From: Eledone cirrhosa
Lineage: Eukaryota
Length of the DNA stretch: 64,000 nt
Direction: 5' to 3'
NCBI GenBank assembly: GCA_964016885.1
Contig: OZ024749.1
Coordinates: forward strand, 14,756,001 to 14,820,000
Part shown: one piece after another, positions 14,332-29,087 of the stretch
Numbering within the stretch: the stretch's first letter is position 1
How the letters are laid out: each line of letters starts with the position of its first letter
Made by a program: the position numbers and the translations under genes
The notes under the pieces: model-generated
What the model saw: the letters and a program-made list of their open reading frames with translations, nothing else
Told to the model about the DNA's origin: nothing
Databases searched by the model: none

Positions 14332-15209
14332 TAGTTTTGCGAGGTTTTTTATATGAAATCGTGTGTTGAAACAAATATTGTTATACTTGGGGAGGGTCAT
14401 ATTTGTGTAATATTGCCAGAATTAATAACAGAACACACTCACTGTTTGGTTGGTTTTCGCTTCTCGCTTCTGTGTCTTTTATATCGGTAATCTAATCTAC
14501 TCGGTCCTCAATGTTGCCATTGACTGACCGACGGTCAAAAATAATACAGATACAAGATAGACACAAACACATATATATAGTTTATCATAAATCTTTCGTT
14601 GCACATCTGCAACATTGTCAGTGGTGCTATATTTTCCTCCTGTTGTATTGTATGTCTACGCCATTTTTATTCAGTCTGTCTATATATTTATTTATTTATT
14701 TGCTTGTTTGTTTATTTTATTTTGTCTTCTTTGCGCATGCGTTTGCGTGTGTGTATAGTGTTTTGTTTGCTGTGTGATGGGTGACTAGTGTGTGTTTATG
14801 TGCTTGTTGTTATTGTGCTTGTGTATGTATTTATTTATTTATTTATTTTATTTTATTTACTTATTTATACTTCTCTTAGGTCAGTGTTGTTTGTTTGGGT
14901 GGTGTTGTTATTCCATTCATTCTTTCTGTCTAGCCTTGGTCTTCTAATTTCTATTACACTGGCCTCTCTGATTTGCCTATCTGCTGGGTCATTGACCCAG
15001 CAAATAGGCAAATCACAGAGGCCAGTGAAATAGAAATTAGAAGACCAAGACTAAACAGAAATAATGAATGGAATAACAACAACACTGACCTAGATTACCG
15101 ATATAAAAGACATAGAAGCGAGAAGCGAAAACCAACCAAGCAGTGAGTGTGTTCTGTTATTAATTCTGGCAATATTACACAAATATGACCCTCCCCAAGT
15201 ATAACAATA
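14332..15209. repeat. Nested inverted repeats between (TA)n tracts
   Basis: Outer arms 14376-14493 / 15091-15209; inner palindrome 14877-15093 centred at 14992. Related sequence at 8940-9040. Confidence 0.8.
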
Positions 15210-15292
15210 CATATATATATACATATATATATACATATATATATATACATATATATACACATATACATACATACATATATATACACATATAC

Positions 15293-15349
<57 letters not shown>

Positions 15350-15366
15350 TAGTTTTAATATAGATG

Positions 15367-15417
15367 AGATTCTACAGGACTAGAACTGTTTCATTCTTTA
15401 AAAATCATCAGGAATCT
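15367..15417 (-). ncRNA. Type I hammerhead ribozyme (family B)
   Basis: agattc-CTGATGA-tttttaaagaat-GAAACAG-ttctagtc-CTGTA|gaatct on the minus strand. Stem II is weak. Confidence 0.72.
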
Positions 15418-15938
15418 GGGTATCAAAAAATAAATATGGTATTTATAGGTCTCTACAAGTGGTAGGAGGGGGTGGGTAGTGGGATGGGTGTAGGTCATTG
15501 GCTGATAGAAAAGGGAATTCATGTTAGAAATCATCAGGACTACATATCCAGTGCTTTTATCGAGAATGACACAGCTAGAGACTTATAGAATACTTAGCTG
15601 TGTACAGGAACTGGTTTGAAAGAGCGGTTGCCGGTCCGGCAGAAATTAGAAATTGGAATAAATGCTCTGAAATAGCGATATATATGTGAATATAGACATA
15701 GAATATTCGAAAATATTCTGTATGTTTATAATAAACATTTTGAAGACCTAATCGCTATAGAATAGAATACGTCACGTATTACAATTAGATTCTCGATAAA
15801 AGCAAGGGAAGTAATCTACGCGTTTCATTCTTGTTAGAAATCATCATTCAAACCATCATCTTTCAAACCAGTTCCTGTACACAGCTAAGTATTCTATAAG
15901 TCTCTAGCTGTGTCATTCTCGATAAAAGCACTGGATAT

Positions 15939-15981
15939 GTAGTCCTGATGATTTCTAACAAGAATGAAACGCGTAGATTAC
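15939..15981 (+). ncRNA. Minimal type I hammerhead ribozyme (family A, copy 1)
   Basis: gtagtc-CTGATGA-t ttct aaca agaa t-GAAAC-gc-GTA|gattac. Stem I is extended by a perfect 16-bp helix attctcgataaaagca/tgcttttatcgagaat. Confidence 0.88.
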
Positions 15982-16248
15982 TTCCCTTGCTTTTATCGAG
16001 AATCTAATTGTAATACGTGACGTATTCTATTCTATAGCGATTAGGTCTTCAAAATGTTTATTATAAACATACAGAATATTTTCGAATATTCTATGTCTAT
16101 ATTCACATATATATCGCTATTTCAGAGCATTTATTCCAATTTCTAATTTCTGCCGGACCGGCAACCGCTCTTTCAAACCTGTTCCTGTACACAGCTAAGT
16201 ATTCTATAAGTCTCTAGCTGTGTCATTCTCGATAAAAGCACTGGATAT

Positions 16249-16291
16249 GTAGTCCTGATGATTTCTAACAAGAATGAAACGCGTAGATTAC
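16249..16291 (+). ncRNA. Minimal type I hammerhead ribozyme (family A, copy 2)
   Basis: Identical motif exactly 310 bp downstream of copy 1. Confidence 0.88.
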
Positions 16292-16453
16292 TTCCCTTGC
16301 TTTTATCGAGAATCTAATTGTAATACGTGACGTATTCTATTCTATAGCGATTAGGTCTTCAAAATGTTTATTATAAACATACAGAATATTTTCGAATATT
16401 CTATGTCTATATTCACATATATATCGCTATTTCAGAGCATTTATTCCAATATA

Positions 16454-16487
<34 letters not shown>

Positions 16488-16525
16488 CATATACATATAT
16501 ATATATATATATATATACATATATA

Positions 16526-16564
<39 letters not shown>

Positions 16565-16637
16565 TACATATATATATATATACATATACATATATACATA
16601 TACATATACATATATATATATATACATATACATATAC

Positions 16638-16669
<32 letters not shown>

Positions 16670-16689
16670 ATATATACATATACATATAC

Positions 16690-16782
<93 letters not shown>

Positions 16783-17041
16783 CATATATATACATATACA
16801 TATAATACATATACATATATATATATGATACTATTTATCATTTATTACATATATATACATATATATACATATACATATATATACATATATATACATATAT
16901 ATATATATACATATATATACATATACATATATAAATATATATATATATACATTATATACATATACATATATATACATATACATATATATACATATACATA
17001 TATACATATACATATATATATATACATATATATACATATAC

Positions 17042-17140
<99 letters not shown>

Positions 17141-17187
17141 CATATACATATATATATACATATACATATATATATATACATATATAC

Positions 17188-17252
<65 letters not shown>

Positions 17253-17652
17253 CATATATATATATACATATATATATTATACATATACATATATACATAT
17301 ATATATAATATATACATATACATATATATATACATATATATATATACATATACACATATATACATATACATATACACATATATACATATACATATATATT
17401 ACACATATACATATATATATATATATATACACTTATATATATATACATATATATATATACATATATATATATATAACATATATATATATATATATATACA
17501 TATACACATATATATATATATATATATTATCATATACATATATATATATATACATACATATTATATATATACATATATATATATACATACATATACACAT
17601 ATATATACATATATATATATCTACATACATATATATCTACATACATATATAT

Positions 17653-17689
<37 letters not shown>

Positions 17690-17765
17690 TATACATATAT
17701 ACATATATATACATATATCATATATATATATATACATATATTATATATTACATATATATATATAC

Positions 17766-17828
<63 letters not shown>

Positions 17829-17874
17829 CATATAATATATATACATAATATATATATACATATATATAGTATAC

Positions 17875-17964
<90 letters not shown>

Positions 17965-17979
17965 ATTATATATACATAC

Positions 17980-18010
<31 letters not shown>

Positions 18011-18023
18011 CATATATATATAC

Positions 18024-18054
<31 letters not shown>

Positions 18055-18161
18055 CATATATATATATACATATATATATATATACATATATATATACATA
18101 CATATATATATACATACATATATATATACATACATATATATATACATATATATATTACTAC

Positions 18162-18192
<31 letters not shown>

Positions 18193-18197
18193 CATAC

Positions 18198-18284
<87 letters not shown>

Positions 18285-18300
18285 CATATATATATATACA

Positions 18301-18341
<41 letters not shown>

Positions 18342-18356
18342 ACATACATATATATA

Positions 18357-18387
<31 letters not shown>

Positions 18388-18575
18388 ACATATATATATA
18401 CATACATATATATATATACATACATATATATATACATATACATATATATATACATACATATATATATAATACATATATATATAACATATATATATATACA
18501 TATATATATATACATATATATATACATATATATATATACATATATATATACAACATATATATATACATATACATA

Positions 18576-18607
<32 letters not shown>

Positions 18608-18636
18608 CATATATATATATACATATATATACATAC

Positions 18637-18681
<45 letters not shown>

Positions 18682-18696
18682 CATATATATATATAC

Positions 18697-18801
<105 letters not shown>

Positions 18802-18890
18802 CATATATATACATATATATATATATATACATACATATATATATATACATATATATACATATATATATATACATACATATATATATATAC

Positions 18891-18921
<31 letters not shown>

Positions 18922-18954
18922 CATACATATATATATATACATATATATATATAC

Positions 18955-18985
<31 letters not shown>

Positions 18986-19000
18986 CATACATATATATAC

Positions 19001-19031
<31 letters not shown>

Positions 19032-19255
19032 CATATATATATACATACATATATATATTACATATATATACATACATATATAATATACATATATATATAT
19101 ATACATACATATATATATATACATACATATACATACATATATATATATACATATAATATATATATATACATACATATATATATATACATACATATATATA
19201 TATACATACATATATATATATACATACATATATATATATACATACATATATATAT

Positions 19256-19288
<33 letters not shown>

Positions 19289-19376
19289 CATACATATATA
19301 TACATATATATACATACATATATATATATACATATATATATATATACATACATATATATATACATACATATAATAT

Positions 19377-19417
<41 letters not shown>

Positions 19418-19495
19418 CATATATATATATATATACATATATATACATACATATATATATATATATACATATATATACATACATATATATATATT

Positions 19496-19532
<37 letters not shown>

Positions 19533-19533
19533 C

Positions 19534-19586
<53 letters not shown>

Positions 19587-20451
19587 CATACATATATATA
19601 TACATACATATATGCATACATACATATATACATACATATATATATATATATACATATATATATATCTACATACATATATATATATACATATATATATATA
19701 TACATACATATATATATACATATATATATATATACATACATATATACATACATATAGATATATATATACATATATATATACATACATATATACATACATA
19801 TATATATATATATACATATATATATATCTACATACACATATATATATATATATATATACATACATATATATATATATATCTATACATATATATATATATC
19901 TATACATATATATATATATCTATACATATATATATATATCTATACATATATATATATATCTATACATATATATATATATCTATACATATATATATATATC
20001 ATATACATATATATATATATCTATACATATATATATATATCTATACATATATATATATATCTATACATATATATATATATCTATACATATATATATATCT
20101 ATACATATATATATATCTATACATATATATATATATCTATACATATATATATATATCTATACATATATATATATATATCTATACATATATATATATCTAT
20201 ACATATATATATATATATATATACATATATCTATACATATATATATATCTATACATATATATATATCTATACATATATATATATATCTATACATATATAT
20301 ATATCTATACATATATATATATCTATACATATATATATATCTATACATATATATATATCTATACATATATATATCTATACATATATATATATCTATACAT
20401 ATATATATATATATACATATATATATCTATATACATATATATATCTATATA

Positions 20452-20538
<87 letters not shown>

Positions 20539-20543
20539 CATAC

Positions 20544-20582
<39 letters not shown>

Positions 20583-20605
20583 CATACATATATATATATA
20601 TACAC

Positions 20606-20674
<69 letters not shown>

Positions 20675-20677
20675 CAA

Positions 20678-20735
<58 letters not shown>

Positions 20736-20749
20736 ATATATATATACAC

Positions 20750-20809
<60 letters not shown>

Positions 20810-20810
20810 A

Positions 20811-20841
<31 letters not shown>

Positions 20842-20866
20842 CATATATACATATATATATATACAC

Positions 20867-20940
<74 letters not shown>

Positions 20941-20950
20941 ATATATACAC

Positions 20951-21048
<98 letters not shown>

Positions 21049-21714
21049 ACATACATACATATATACATACATACATATATACATACATACATATATACAT
21101 ATACATACATATATATATATATACATACATATATATATATACATACATATATATATATATACATACATATATATATATACATATATATATATACATACAT
21201 ATATATATATATACATACATATATATATATACATACATATATATATATACATACATATATATATATACATACATATATATATATACATACATACATATAT
21301 ATATATACATACATACATACATATACATACATACATATATATACATACATACATACATACATATATATACATACATACATATATATACATACATACATAT
21401 ATATACATACATACATATATATACATACATACATATATAGATATTTATATATATACATATATATATATATGGTAGTAGTAGTGGTTGCGGAGGTGGTAGT
21501 AGTAGTGGTGGTAGTGGTAATGGTGATGTTGGTGGGAAGGGAGTGGTAGGAGGAGAAGGAACAATATGGTGTGAATGAACTGAAAACCTTGAACAACAAC
21601 AACAACAACAACAATACCAACAACCTTAGCACCAACACTAACAACACTGATGGTCTTAGTGGCAAAGATGTTGGTGGTGATGATGATGGTTATAGTGGTC
21701 GTGGTGATAGTGGT

Positions 21715-24700
21715 GGTGTGAGGGAGGAGTACAGTGGTGGTGGTGTGAGGGAGGAGTACAGTGGTGGTGGTTTGAGGGAGGAGTACAGCGGTGGTGGTGG
21801 TGGCGTGAGGGAGGAGTACAGTGGTGGTGGTGTGATGGAGTACAGTGGTGGTGGTGGTAGTGTGAGGGAGGAGTACAGTGGTGGTGGTGGTAGTGTGAGG
21901 GAGGAGTACAGTGGTGGTGGTGGTGTGAGGAAGGAGTACAGTGGTGGTGGTGGTAGTGTGAGGGAGGAGTACAGTGGTGGTGGTGGTAGTGTGAGGGAGG
22001 AGTACAGTGGTGGTGGTGGTGTGAGGAAGGAGTACAGTGGTGGTGTGAGGGAGGAGTACAGTGGTGGTGGTGGTAGTGTGAGGGAGGAGTACAGTGGTGG
22101 TGTGAGGAAGGAGTACAGTGGTGGTGGTGGTAGTGTGAGGGAGGAGTACAGTGGTGGTGGTGGTGTGAGGAAGGAGTACAGTGGTGGTGGTGGTGGTGTG
22201 AGGGAGGAGTACAGCGGTGGTGGTGGTAGTGTGAGGGAGGAGTACAGTGGTGGTGGTGGTGTGAGGGAGGAGTACAGTGGTGGTGGTGGTGAGAGGGAGG
22301 AGTACAGTGGTGGTGGTGGTGTGATGGAGGAGTACAGTGGTGGTGGTGGTAGTGTGAGGGAGGAGTACAGTGGTGGTGTGAGGGAGGAGTACAGTGGTGG
22401 TGGTGGTGAGAGGGAGGAGTACAGTGGTGGTGGTGGTGTGAGGGAGGAGTACAGTGGTGGTGGTGGTGGTGGTGTGAGGGAGGAGTACAGTGGTGGTGGT
22501 GGTGGTGGTGTGAGGGAGGAGTACAGTGGTGGTGGTGTGATGGAGGAGTACAATGGTGGTGGTGTGATGGAGGAGTACAGTGGTGGTGGTGGTGGTGATG
22601 TGAGGGAGGAGTACAGTGGTGGTGGTGTGATGGAGGAGTACAATGGTGGTGGTGTGATGGAGGAGTACAGTGGTGGTGGTGTGAGGGAGGAGTACAGCGG
22701 TGGTGGTGGTGGTGTGAGGGAGGAGTACAGTGGTGGTGGTGGTAGTGTGAGGGAGGAGTACAGTGGTGGTGGTGGTAGTGGTGGTGTGAGGGAGGAGTAC
22801 AGTGCTGGTGGTGGTGTGAGGGAGGAGTACAGCGGTGGTGGTGGTGGTGTGAGGGTGGAGTACAGCGGTGGTGGTGGTGGTGTGAGGGAGGAGTACAGCG
22901 GTGGTGGTGGTGGTGTGAGGGAGGAGTACAGTGGTGGTGGTGGTGTGAGGAAGGAGTACAGTGGTGGTGGTGGTGAGAGGGAGGAGTACAGTGGTGGTGG
23001 TGGTAGTGGTGGTGTGAGGGAGGAGTACAGTGCTGGTGGTGGTGTGAGGGAGGAGTACAGCGGTGGTGGTGGTGGTGTGAGGGAGGAGTACAGCGGTGGT
23101 GGTGGTGGTGTGAGGGAGGAGTACAGCGGTGGTGGTGGTGTGAGGAAGGAGTACAGTGGTGGTGGTGGTGAGAGGGAGGAGTAGTGGTGGTGGTGGTGTG
23201 AGGGAGGAGTACAGTGGTGGTGGTGGTGAGAGGGAGGAGTACAGTGGTGGTGGTGGTGAGAGGGAGGAGTACAGTGGTGGTGGTGGTGTGAGGGAGGAGT
23301 ACAGTGGTGGTGGTGGTGAGAGGGAGGAGTACAGTGGTGGTGGTGGTGTGAGGAAGGAGTACAGTGGTGGTGGTGGTGTGAGGAAGGAGTACAGTGGTGG
23401 TGGTGGTAGGGAGGAGTACAGTGGTGGTGGTGGTGTGAGGGAGGAGTACAGTGGTGGTGGTGGTGAGAGGGAGGAGTACAGTGGTGGTGGTGGTGTGAGG
23501 AAGGAGTACAGTGGTGGTGGTGGTGAGAGGGAGGAGTACAGTGGTGGTGGTGGTGTGAGGAAGGAGTACAGTGGTGGTGGTGGTGAGAGGGAGGAGTACA
23601 GTGGTGGTGGTGGTGTGAGGGAGGAGTACAGTGCTGGTGGTGGTGTGAGGGAGGAGTACAGCGGTGGTGGTGGTGGTGTGAGGGAGGAGTACAGCGGTGG
23701 TGGTGGTGGTGTGAGGGAGGAGTACAGCGGTGGTGGTGGTGGTGTGAGGAAGGAGTACAGTGGTGGTGGTGGTGTGAGGAAGGAGTACAGTGGTGGTGGT
23801 GGTGAGAGGGAGGAGTACAGTGGTGGTGGTGGTAGTGGTGGTGTGAGGGAGGAGTACAGTGCTGGTGGTGGTGTGAGGGAGGAGTACAGCGGTGGTGGTG
23901 GTGGTGTGAGGGAGGAGTACAGCGGTGGTGGTGGTGGTGTGAGGGAGGAGTACAGTGGTGGTGGTGGTGTGAGGGAGGAGTACAGCGGTGGTGGTGGTGG
24001 TGTGAGGGAGGAGTACAGCGGTGGTGGTGGTGGTGTGAGGGAGGAGTACAGTGCTGGTGGTGGTGTGAGGGAGGAGTACAGCGGTGGTGGTGGTGGTGTG
24101 AGGGAGGAGTACAGCGGTGGTGGTGGTGGTGTGAGGGAGGAGTACAGTGGTGGTGGTGGTGTGAGGAAGGAGTACAGTGGTGGTGGTGGTGAGAGGGAGG
24201 AGTACAGTGGTGGTGGTGGTGTGAGGGAGGAGTACAGTGGTGGTGGTGGTGAGAGGGAGGAGTACAGTGGTGGTGGTGGTGTGATGGAGGAGTACAGTGG
24301 TGGTGGTGGTGTGATGGAGGAGTACAGTGGTGGTGGTGGTAGTGTGAGGGAGGAGTACAGTGGTGGTGGTGGTGTGAGGGAGGAGTACAGTGGTGGTGGT
24401 GGTGAGAGGGAGGAGTACAGTGGTGGTGGTGGTGTGAGGGAGGAGTACAGTGGTGGTGGTGGTGGTGGTGTGAGGGAGGAGTACAGTGGTGGTGGTGGTG
24501 TGAGGGAGGAGTACAGTGGTGGTGGTGTGATGGAGGAGTACAATGGTGGTGGTGTGATGGAGGAGTACAGTGGTGGTGGTGGTGGTGATGTGAGGGAGGA
24601 GTACAGTGGTGGTGGTGTGATGGAGGAGTACAATGGTGGTGGTGTGATGGAGGAGTACAGTGGTGGTGGTGTGAGGGAGGAGTACAGCGGTGGTGGTGGT

Positions 24701-25070
24701 GGTGTGAGGGAGGAGTACAGTGGTGGTGGTGGTAGTGTGAGGGAGGAGTACAGTGGTGGTGGTGGTAGTGGTGGTGTGAGGGAGGAGTACAGTGCTGGTG
24801 GTGGTGTGAGGGAGGAGTACAGCGGTGGTGGTGGTGGTGTGAGGGAGGAGTACAGCGGTGGTGGTGGTGGTGTGAGGGAGGAGTACAGCGGTGGTGGTGG
24901 TGGTGTGAGGGAGGAGTACAGTGGTGGTGGTGGTAGTGGTGGTGTGAGGGAGGAGTACAGTGCTGGTGGTGGTGTGAGGGAGGTGTACAGTGCTGGTAGT
25001 GGTAGTGTGAGGGAGGAGTACAGTGATGGTGGTGGTGTGAGGGAGGTGTACAGTGCTGGTAGTGGTGGTG
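21715..25070. repeat. G-rich minisatellite GTGAGGGAGGAGTACA(GTG)n, with a diverged GAGTGCAG-type extension to ~25725
   Basis: About a hundred units whose lengths vary in steps of 3 nt. Confidence 0.95.
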
Positions 25071-26543
25071 GGGAGGCGGTGAGTGCAGTAATGGTGTTGG
25101 TGGAAGTGCAGTGAAATGCAACAATGATGATGATAATGGTGGTGGGGGAGATGTAAGGTGGTGGTGATAGTGGGGGGAAGGAAGAGTGCAGTGCAGCAAT
25201 GATGATGGTGGAGGTGGTGTGAGATGAGTGTAGTGGGACAGAGGAGTGCAGCCATGGCGATGATGGTGGGGCAGAGGAGTGCAGTATGGGCAGATGAGTG
25301 TAGCTATGGTGGTGCGAGAGTGGCTGTTGAGTGCCGCTACGGTGGTGGTGAGAGTAAGGTTGATGAGTGCAGCTATGGTGGTGATGGTGGGGCAGATGAG
25401 TGCAAGTACGGTGGTGGTGAGAGTAGGGTTGGTGAGTGCAGCTATGGTGGTGATGGTGGGGCAGATGAGTGCAAGTACGGTGGTGGTGAGAGTAGGGTTG
25501 GTGAGTGCAGCTATGGTGGTGATGGTGGGGCAGATGAGTGCAGCTACGTTGGTGGTGAGAGTGGGGTGGAGGAGTGCAGTGATAGTGGTGGTGGTGGTTG
25601 GGCAGATGAGTGCAGCCGTGGTGATGGTGGGACGGAGGAGTGCAGCTACGTTGGTGGTGAGAGTGGGGCTGATGAGTGCAGTACCAGTGTCGGTGGAGTG
25701 CAGGAGAGTGCAGTGGTGGGGGAGTGAGTCATACATTGGCAGTCTAAAGAGAACAGCTTCATCACAAGACTCTACTTATGCGGCAGGATGGAGCCGGTTG
25801 TTGCAAATAGATAAAATAACACACATACATGTGTGTGTGTATGTATATATTATATGTATATGTATGTATGTATATATATATGTATGTATGTATATACCTA
25901 CATATATACATATGTACATACATATATATACATACACATATATGTGTATACATACATATATATAAAATACATACGTATGTATATATAAATCATCATCATC
26001 ATCATTTTACGTCTGCTTTTCCCTTAATAATTCTATATCTATAACTATATATACAAATACATGTACATATGTATGCATACACACACACACGCATGCATGC
26101 ATACATATACGTATACATACATACATGTATGTATACACACATAAATACACATATGCATGTATGTATACATACATACATGTATGTATACATACATACATGT
26201 ATGTATACATACATGTATGTATGTATACATACATACATGTATGTATACACACATACATACACATATGCATGTATGTATGAACTAGAAAAGATGTCAACAG
26301 TTGGAATAGATGGGAGGGAGGTGGACTTATCAAATGACAAATACACACACACACATTTAGAGACACACACACACATATCTACACGCATGTATATATATGC
26401 AGCCACCCACACAACCTCATTGTTGGAAGGGGTTGAGATGGAATTGGTAAGTCAGGGTGGTGAGAGAGGGGCTGGCTTATTTACTGTTCGGAAGCTGGAT
26501 TTTAAAACAAAAAACGCAAAAATATCATTTACATACATAATAT

Positions 26544-26602
<59 letters not shown>

Positions 26603-26737
26603 GTGTTAAACAATATTCAATGATTATGTCAAAGAATGAGTTTTACAGTAGAATGGAAGCACTCAACGTAAACATAATTTTCTGGAGTTATTAATATTAA
26701 AATATAAGTATTAATAAAATAGATGTTCTTTTGATCA

Positions 26738-26800
26738 ATTACATTTTATTATACATATTTCGGATGTACATCAGTACGTCCTCATCAGACAAAATATGAT
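26738..26800 (-). ncRNA. Family C hammerhead in palindromic element 26600-27130
   Basis: Intact core on the minus arm. The plus arm is interrupted by a SINE and has GAAA changed to AAAA. Confidence 0.8.
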
Positions 26801-26912
26801 ACATGATATACCCTGAGATGTTAAATGGTTAAGATTAAATCTTAACCATTTAAGATTAAATCTTAAGCAGTTAACATCTCAGGGTATGTCATGCATCATT
26901 ATATTTTGTCTG

Positions 26913-27032
26913 TCTGAGTTCAAATCCCGCCGAGGTTGACTTTGCCTTTCATCCTTACGTGGTTGATAAAATAAAGTACCAGTAATGCACTGGGTAATTG
27001 CTGGCCTTGTGCCTAAAGTAGAAACAATTATC
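26913..27032 (+). mobile_element. 5'-truncated SINE inserted into a hammerhead core
   Basis: Same family as 6363-6552; TSD ttttgtctg at 26904-26912 and 27033-27041. Confidence 0.85.
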
Positions 27033-27129
27033 TTTTGTCTGATGAGGACATACTGTTGTACATCCAAAATATGTATAATAAAATGTAATTGATCAAAAGA
27101 ACATCTATTTTATTAATACTTATATTTTA

Positions 27130-27195
<66 letters not shown>

Positions 27196-28113
27196 ATGAT
27201 ATACATATATATATACACGCACATACATATACATGCATACACATATACATACACACATGCATGATATACATTTACATGTACACGCGCACAAATAATATAT
27301 GTGTATATATGTATATATATATACACGTTTATGATATACATATATATACACACATACATATATAGATACACATACATGCATACACACATACATACACACA
27401 TACATAATATACATTTACATGTAACCACACATATATGTCTATATATATATATATAGAGATGTTTATGATATACATATATATACACATACATACATACATA
27501 CATATATACACACACATATATACACACATACATGATATACATTTACATGTACACACACACACATAATATGTGTGTATATATATATACATGTTTATGATAT
27601 ACATATATATACACACACATACATATATAGATATACATACATATACATGCATACACATATACATACATGATATACATTTACATGTACACACACACAATAT
27701 ATGTGTATATATATATATGTACATACACACATGCATATGTGTGTGTGTGTCTGTTTTATGGCTGTATAATACCAATGTGACAGTATATTCTATTATGTAT
27801 GCACAATAAAACAATATTTATACAAAGCTAAGTCTGGTGAACTGCTACTCAGAGTTTCTCATTCTTGATCCTCAGGCAACAACTGATAACATGATATTCA
27901 AAACATGTTTACATACACACACCACATGGAGTTAGGTGGGGGAGGGTGGGGGTTACTCCTATCACGCTGAAATAAGCCTGAGGGGTACTATAGATTCTAC
28001 ATATCAACATATATCAATTCGAGAGATACAAATTATCCATCTGTATATATATTTGATATATATTTATCCTTATCGAGCCCTCTTTGGATTTTAGTCTTCA
28101 AATTTATTATTAT

Positions 28114-28176
<63 letters not shown>

Positions 28177-28486
28177 CATCATCTTCATCGTTTAACGGCC
28201 ATTTTCCCTGCTAGCATGGTTAAGACGCGCTGTCCCTTTGTGAGAGATCTGGTTGGAGGACCGTGTTTTGCTCATGCAGGGCTGATTTGGGATTGGTTTC
28301 TACGGCTGGATACCCTTTCTAATGCCAACCACATTTATAGCATGGACTGGCCATATTTTGTCGAGTTGCCATCATGACCATATTTACAGTGTGGTGGAGG
28401 CTTTGCTGGGTGTATAATTCAGCTTGTCCTCATGGGAGATGTATGGAAGTAGGTGGGGTGGACTGGTGCATGCTATATATATATAT

Positions 28487-28650
28487 ATCATCATCATCAT
28501 CATCATCAACGTTTAACGTCCGTGTTCCACGCTTGCATGGGTTTGGACGGGGGTAGTCCCACTTGAGGCAAGAGTGATTGTCTTGCTCGCATAGGACTGT
28601 CTGGCAGGTTTTCTACAGTTGGATGCCCTTCCTAACACCAACCACATTTA
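28487..28650 (-). mobile_element. Short inverted RTE 3' end copy
   Basis: Reverse complement of 34640-34803 with the same diagnostic bases (gggactacccccgtcc, aaacgttgatg). Confidence 0.9.
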
Positions 28651-28669
28651 CATATATATATATATATGT

Positions 28670-28972
28670 ATTAAAGAGTTAAACAATATTCAATGAGTAC
28701 ATCAAAGAATGAGTTTTACAGTAGACTGGAAGCACTACGGAAAAAAAATTTTTTCCGGAGTTATTAATATTAGAATATAAATATTAATAAAATAGATGTT
28801 CTTTTGATCAATTAAATTTTAAGATTTAATCTTAACCATTTAACATGTCAGGGTATGTCATGTATCATTATATTTTGTCTGATGAAGACGTACTGTTGTA
28901 CCTCTGAAATATGTTTAATAAAATGTAATTGATCAAAAGAACATCTATTTTATTAATATTTATATTTTAATA
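28670..28972. mobile_element. Family C element, deleted/decayed copy with mutated hammerhead at 28866-28930 (+)
   Basis: Same tail and arm sequence as 26600-27130; ctgatgaagacgtactgttgtacctctgaaatatgttta. Confidence 0.75.
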
Positions 28973-29087
28973 TATATATGTATATATACATCATCATTTA
29001 ACATATATTTTCCATACTCACTTGGTGACTGTGTCTTGCTCATACACAACTGTTTCTCGCTTGGATGCCCTTCCTAACGCCAACCAC

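Larger units (their letters stand above)
15522..16450. mobile_element. Retrozyme-like / Penelope-pLTR-like 310-bp repeat: ~1 inverted unit + ~1.9 direct units
   Basis: 15522-15846 is the reverse complement of the unit; 15860-16450 is a tandem with 310-bp period. Non-coding, highly self-complementary, ends in (TA)n. Confidence 0.8.

Noticed and set aside
21445-25736. Extensin-, mucin- or His-rich proteins over 1000 aa
   Set aside because: Several frames on both strands are open because of a triplet-phased satellite; no unique domain or splice support.
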